Below are positions 25,737 through 27,077 of a stretch of 27,077 nucleotides of DNA, piece by piece (within the stretch, counting starts at the first letter, position 1; each line of letters opens with the position of its first letter). Position numbers and translations under genes: made by a program. The notes beneath the pieces were generated by a model that saw only the letters and a program-made list of their open reading frames with translations, ran no database searches and was not told the DNA's origin. Source of the stretch: Bradymonadia bacterium (GTDB lineage: Bacteria > Myxococcota_A > Bradymonadia > UBA7976 > UBA1532); contig JBMYRY010000001.1 of the NCBI GenBank assembly GCA_049602795.1, positions 1-27,077 on the forward strand, in the 5' to 3' direction.

Positions 25737-26115
25737 GATTCTCCTCTGATCTTTTGGATCCGATGTACCCACGCATTGACATGCAGCGGCTATGCCCTCG
25801 TATGATGCTCAGACAAACTCCACGAATGAGCAAGTCTTAGTTGGTATTGGTTGGGACATATCATAGCCCAAAAGGCTCTTTGTAGGTTCATTCACCGAGA
25901 CATCCATGTAAATTTCATAGAACCAAAATCAATTTTTGGCCTTCACCCCATTAGTCTCTCCTTCTCTCTCAAGTCAAGCCACGAGGATACCGTCGACGGT
26001 CCTCAACATTTCCCTGTCGAGGGGGCTCACTAAGATTAGAAGTGAGATACCTCTCAATAAAAGATAACGTGTTCACGGAACCCGCGGTGCTGTTCATGAA
26101 TGTTCGACCGCGGCG

Positions 26116-26134
26116 GTCAGACGGTCTGAGGAGG
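26116..26134 (+). promoter_or_regulatory. GTCAGAC-G-GTCTGA inverted repeat abutting the pfkA ribosome-binding site
   Basis: TCAGAC/GTCTGA arms at 26117-26129 overlap GAGGAGG at 26128-26134. A near-identical element lies at 18595-18609. Confidence 0.35.
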
Positions 26135-26138
26135 GACA

Positions 26139-27077
26139 ATGACACGACGTATTGGCATACTCACCGGGGGTGGAGATGCGCCAGGTCTAAACGCCGTCAT
26201 TCGGGCGGTCGTAAAGTCGGGCACCAACCAGTTTGATTGGCAAATCTTCGGTATTGAAGAATCATTCAACGGTCTGATGTACGACCACAAGGAGGTATGG
26301 CCCATAACGCCGAAGGACTGCAGAGGACTTCTCACCCGAGGCGGCACGGTGCTCGGAACCACCAACCGTGGCGATCCATTCAACGTGATGGACGATGGTC
26401 GGCCCTTCGCCGAGAAAGTAGCCTCAAATTTCAAAGCATTGGACCTCGAGGGACTTGTTGTCATTGGAGGAGATGGCACTCAGGCGATTGGTTACCGCCT
26501 AATGACCGACTATGGCATTCCGGTTGTAGGCGTGCCCAAAACGATTGATAATGACCTCGAAGCCACCACCTTTACCTTCGGCTTCTGGTCCGCTGTCGAC
26601 GTGGCCACTGACGCATTAGATCGATTACACACCACCACAGAATCTCACGATAGAGTCATGATCTTGGAAGTCATGGGACGAACCGCTGGCTGGATTGCGC
26701 TCTATGCCGGTGTTGCGGGTGGAGCCGATTGCATCGCAATCCCTGAAATTCCCTATGACCCAATACGCTTTGCGGAGAAAATTAAAGCTCGCAGAGCCCG
26801 AAATCGACATTTTACCATCATCGTCTGCGCTGAGGGCGCACTCCCTCATCATGGGACCCACGACCCGAAGCAACGCGCGGGACAAACTCTCGCCAACCTG
26901 ATTACGCCTCACGTTGACGCCGAAATGCGCGTCACCGTTCTTGGACATCTCCAGCGGGGCGGCTCTCCAATCCCATTCGATCGCGTGCTTGCTACCCGAT
27001 ACGGTGTCAAGGCAGTTGAACTCGTCGAGCAAGGACGATGGGGAGAACTTGTGTGCTTAGAGAACGATGTGATGAAG
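26139..27077 (+). CDS. pfkA: 6-phosphofructokinase, PfkA family (3'-truncated by the window edge; absent from the ORF track)
   Basis: My translation from ATG 26139 (SD GAGGAGG): MTRRIGILTGGGDAPGLNAVIRAVV...GGTVLGTTNR...IGGDGT...VPKTIDND...EVMGRTAGWIA...LGHLQRGGSP...DRVLATRYG. The frame is open to the end of the window. Confidence 0.96.
   Translation, partial: MTRRIGILTGGGDAPGLNAVIRAVVKSGTNQFDWQIFGIEESFNGLMYDHKEVWPITPKDCRGLLTRGGTVLGTTNRGDPFNVMDDGRPFAEKVASNFKALDLEGLVVIGGDGTQAIGYRLMTDYGIPVVGVPKTIDNDLEATTFTFGFWSAVDVATDALDRLHTTTESHDRVMILEVMGRTAGWIALYAGVAGGADCIAIPEIPYDPIRFAEKIKARRARNRHFTIIVCAEGALPHHGTHDPKQRAGQTLANLITPHVDAEMRVTVLGHLQRGGSPIPFDRVLATRYGVKAVELVEQGRWGELVCLENDVMK

Noticed and set aside
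26117-27032. Minus-strand ORFs 26117-26479 and 26625-27032, and short plus-strand ORFs in other frames
   Set aside because: They are shadows of pfkA, which occupies the plus strand with unmistakable motifs.

Overview
Bacterial genomic window with roughly balanced GC (judged by eye) and no rRNA, tRNA, CRISPR array or mobile element that I can recognise. The DUF1592/DUF1552 pair and the giant Cys/Asp-repeat Gly-rich lipoprotein suggest a Myxococcota-like diderm (inference). Left to right: (1) a tightly coupled operon (<1-7757) with a Dpp/Opp-family ABC importer, a GH1 beta-glucosidase, a 1045-aa secreted protein that appears to fuse a clan GH-A glycoside hydrolase to a large outer-membrane beta-barrel, and a small lipoprotein. 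This looks like a glucan-utilisation locus with no SusC/SusD or TonB-dependent receptor in the visible part and is the best candidate for an undescribed system. (2) proA, whose sequence resembles the eukaryotic P5CS reductase domain, 2 nt upstream of the catabolic putA, with no proB in the window. (3) A CxxCH- and CBM-like-domain-containing DUF1592 lipoprotein with a Tat-exported DUF1552 (HxxSHH) partner. (4) A hotdog thioesterase, a small zinc-ribbon-like ORF and a MOSC protein. (5) A 1497-aa repeat surface lipoprotein. (6) A ybjQ-ybjQ-M48 peptidase cassette and a DUF2652 cyclase-like protein. (7) A 6-phosphofructokinase that runs off the right edge and is missing from the supplied ORF track. 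All family assignments come from motif recognition by eye; no database searches were run.
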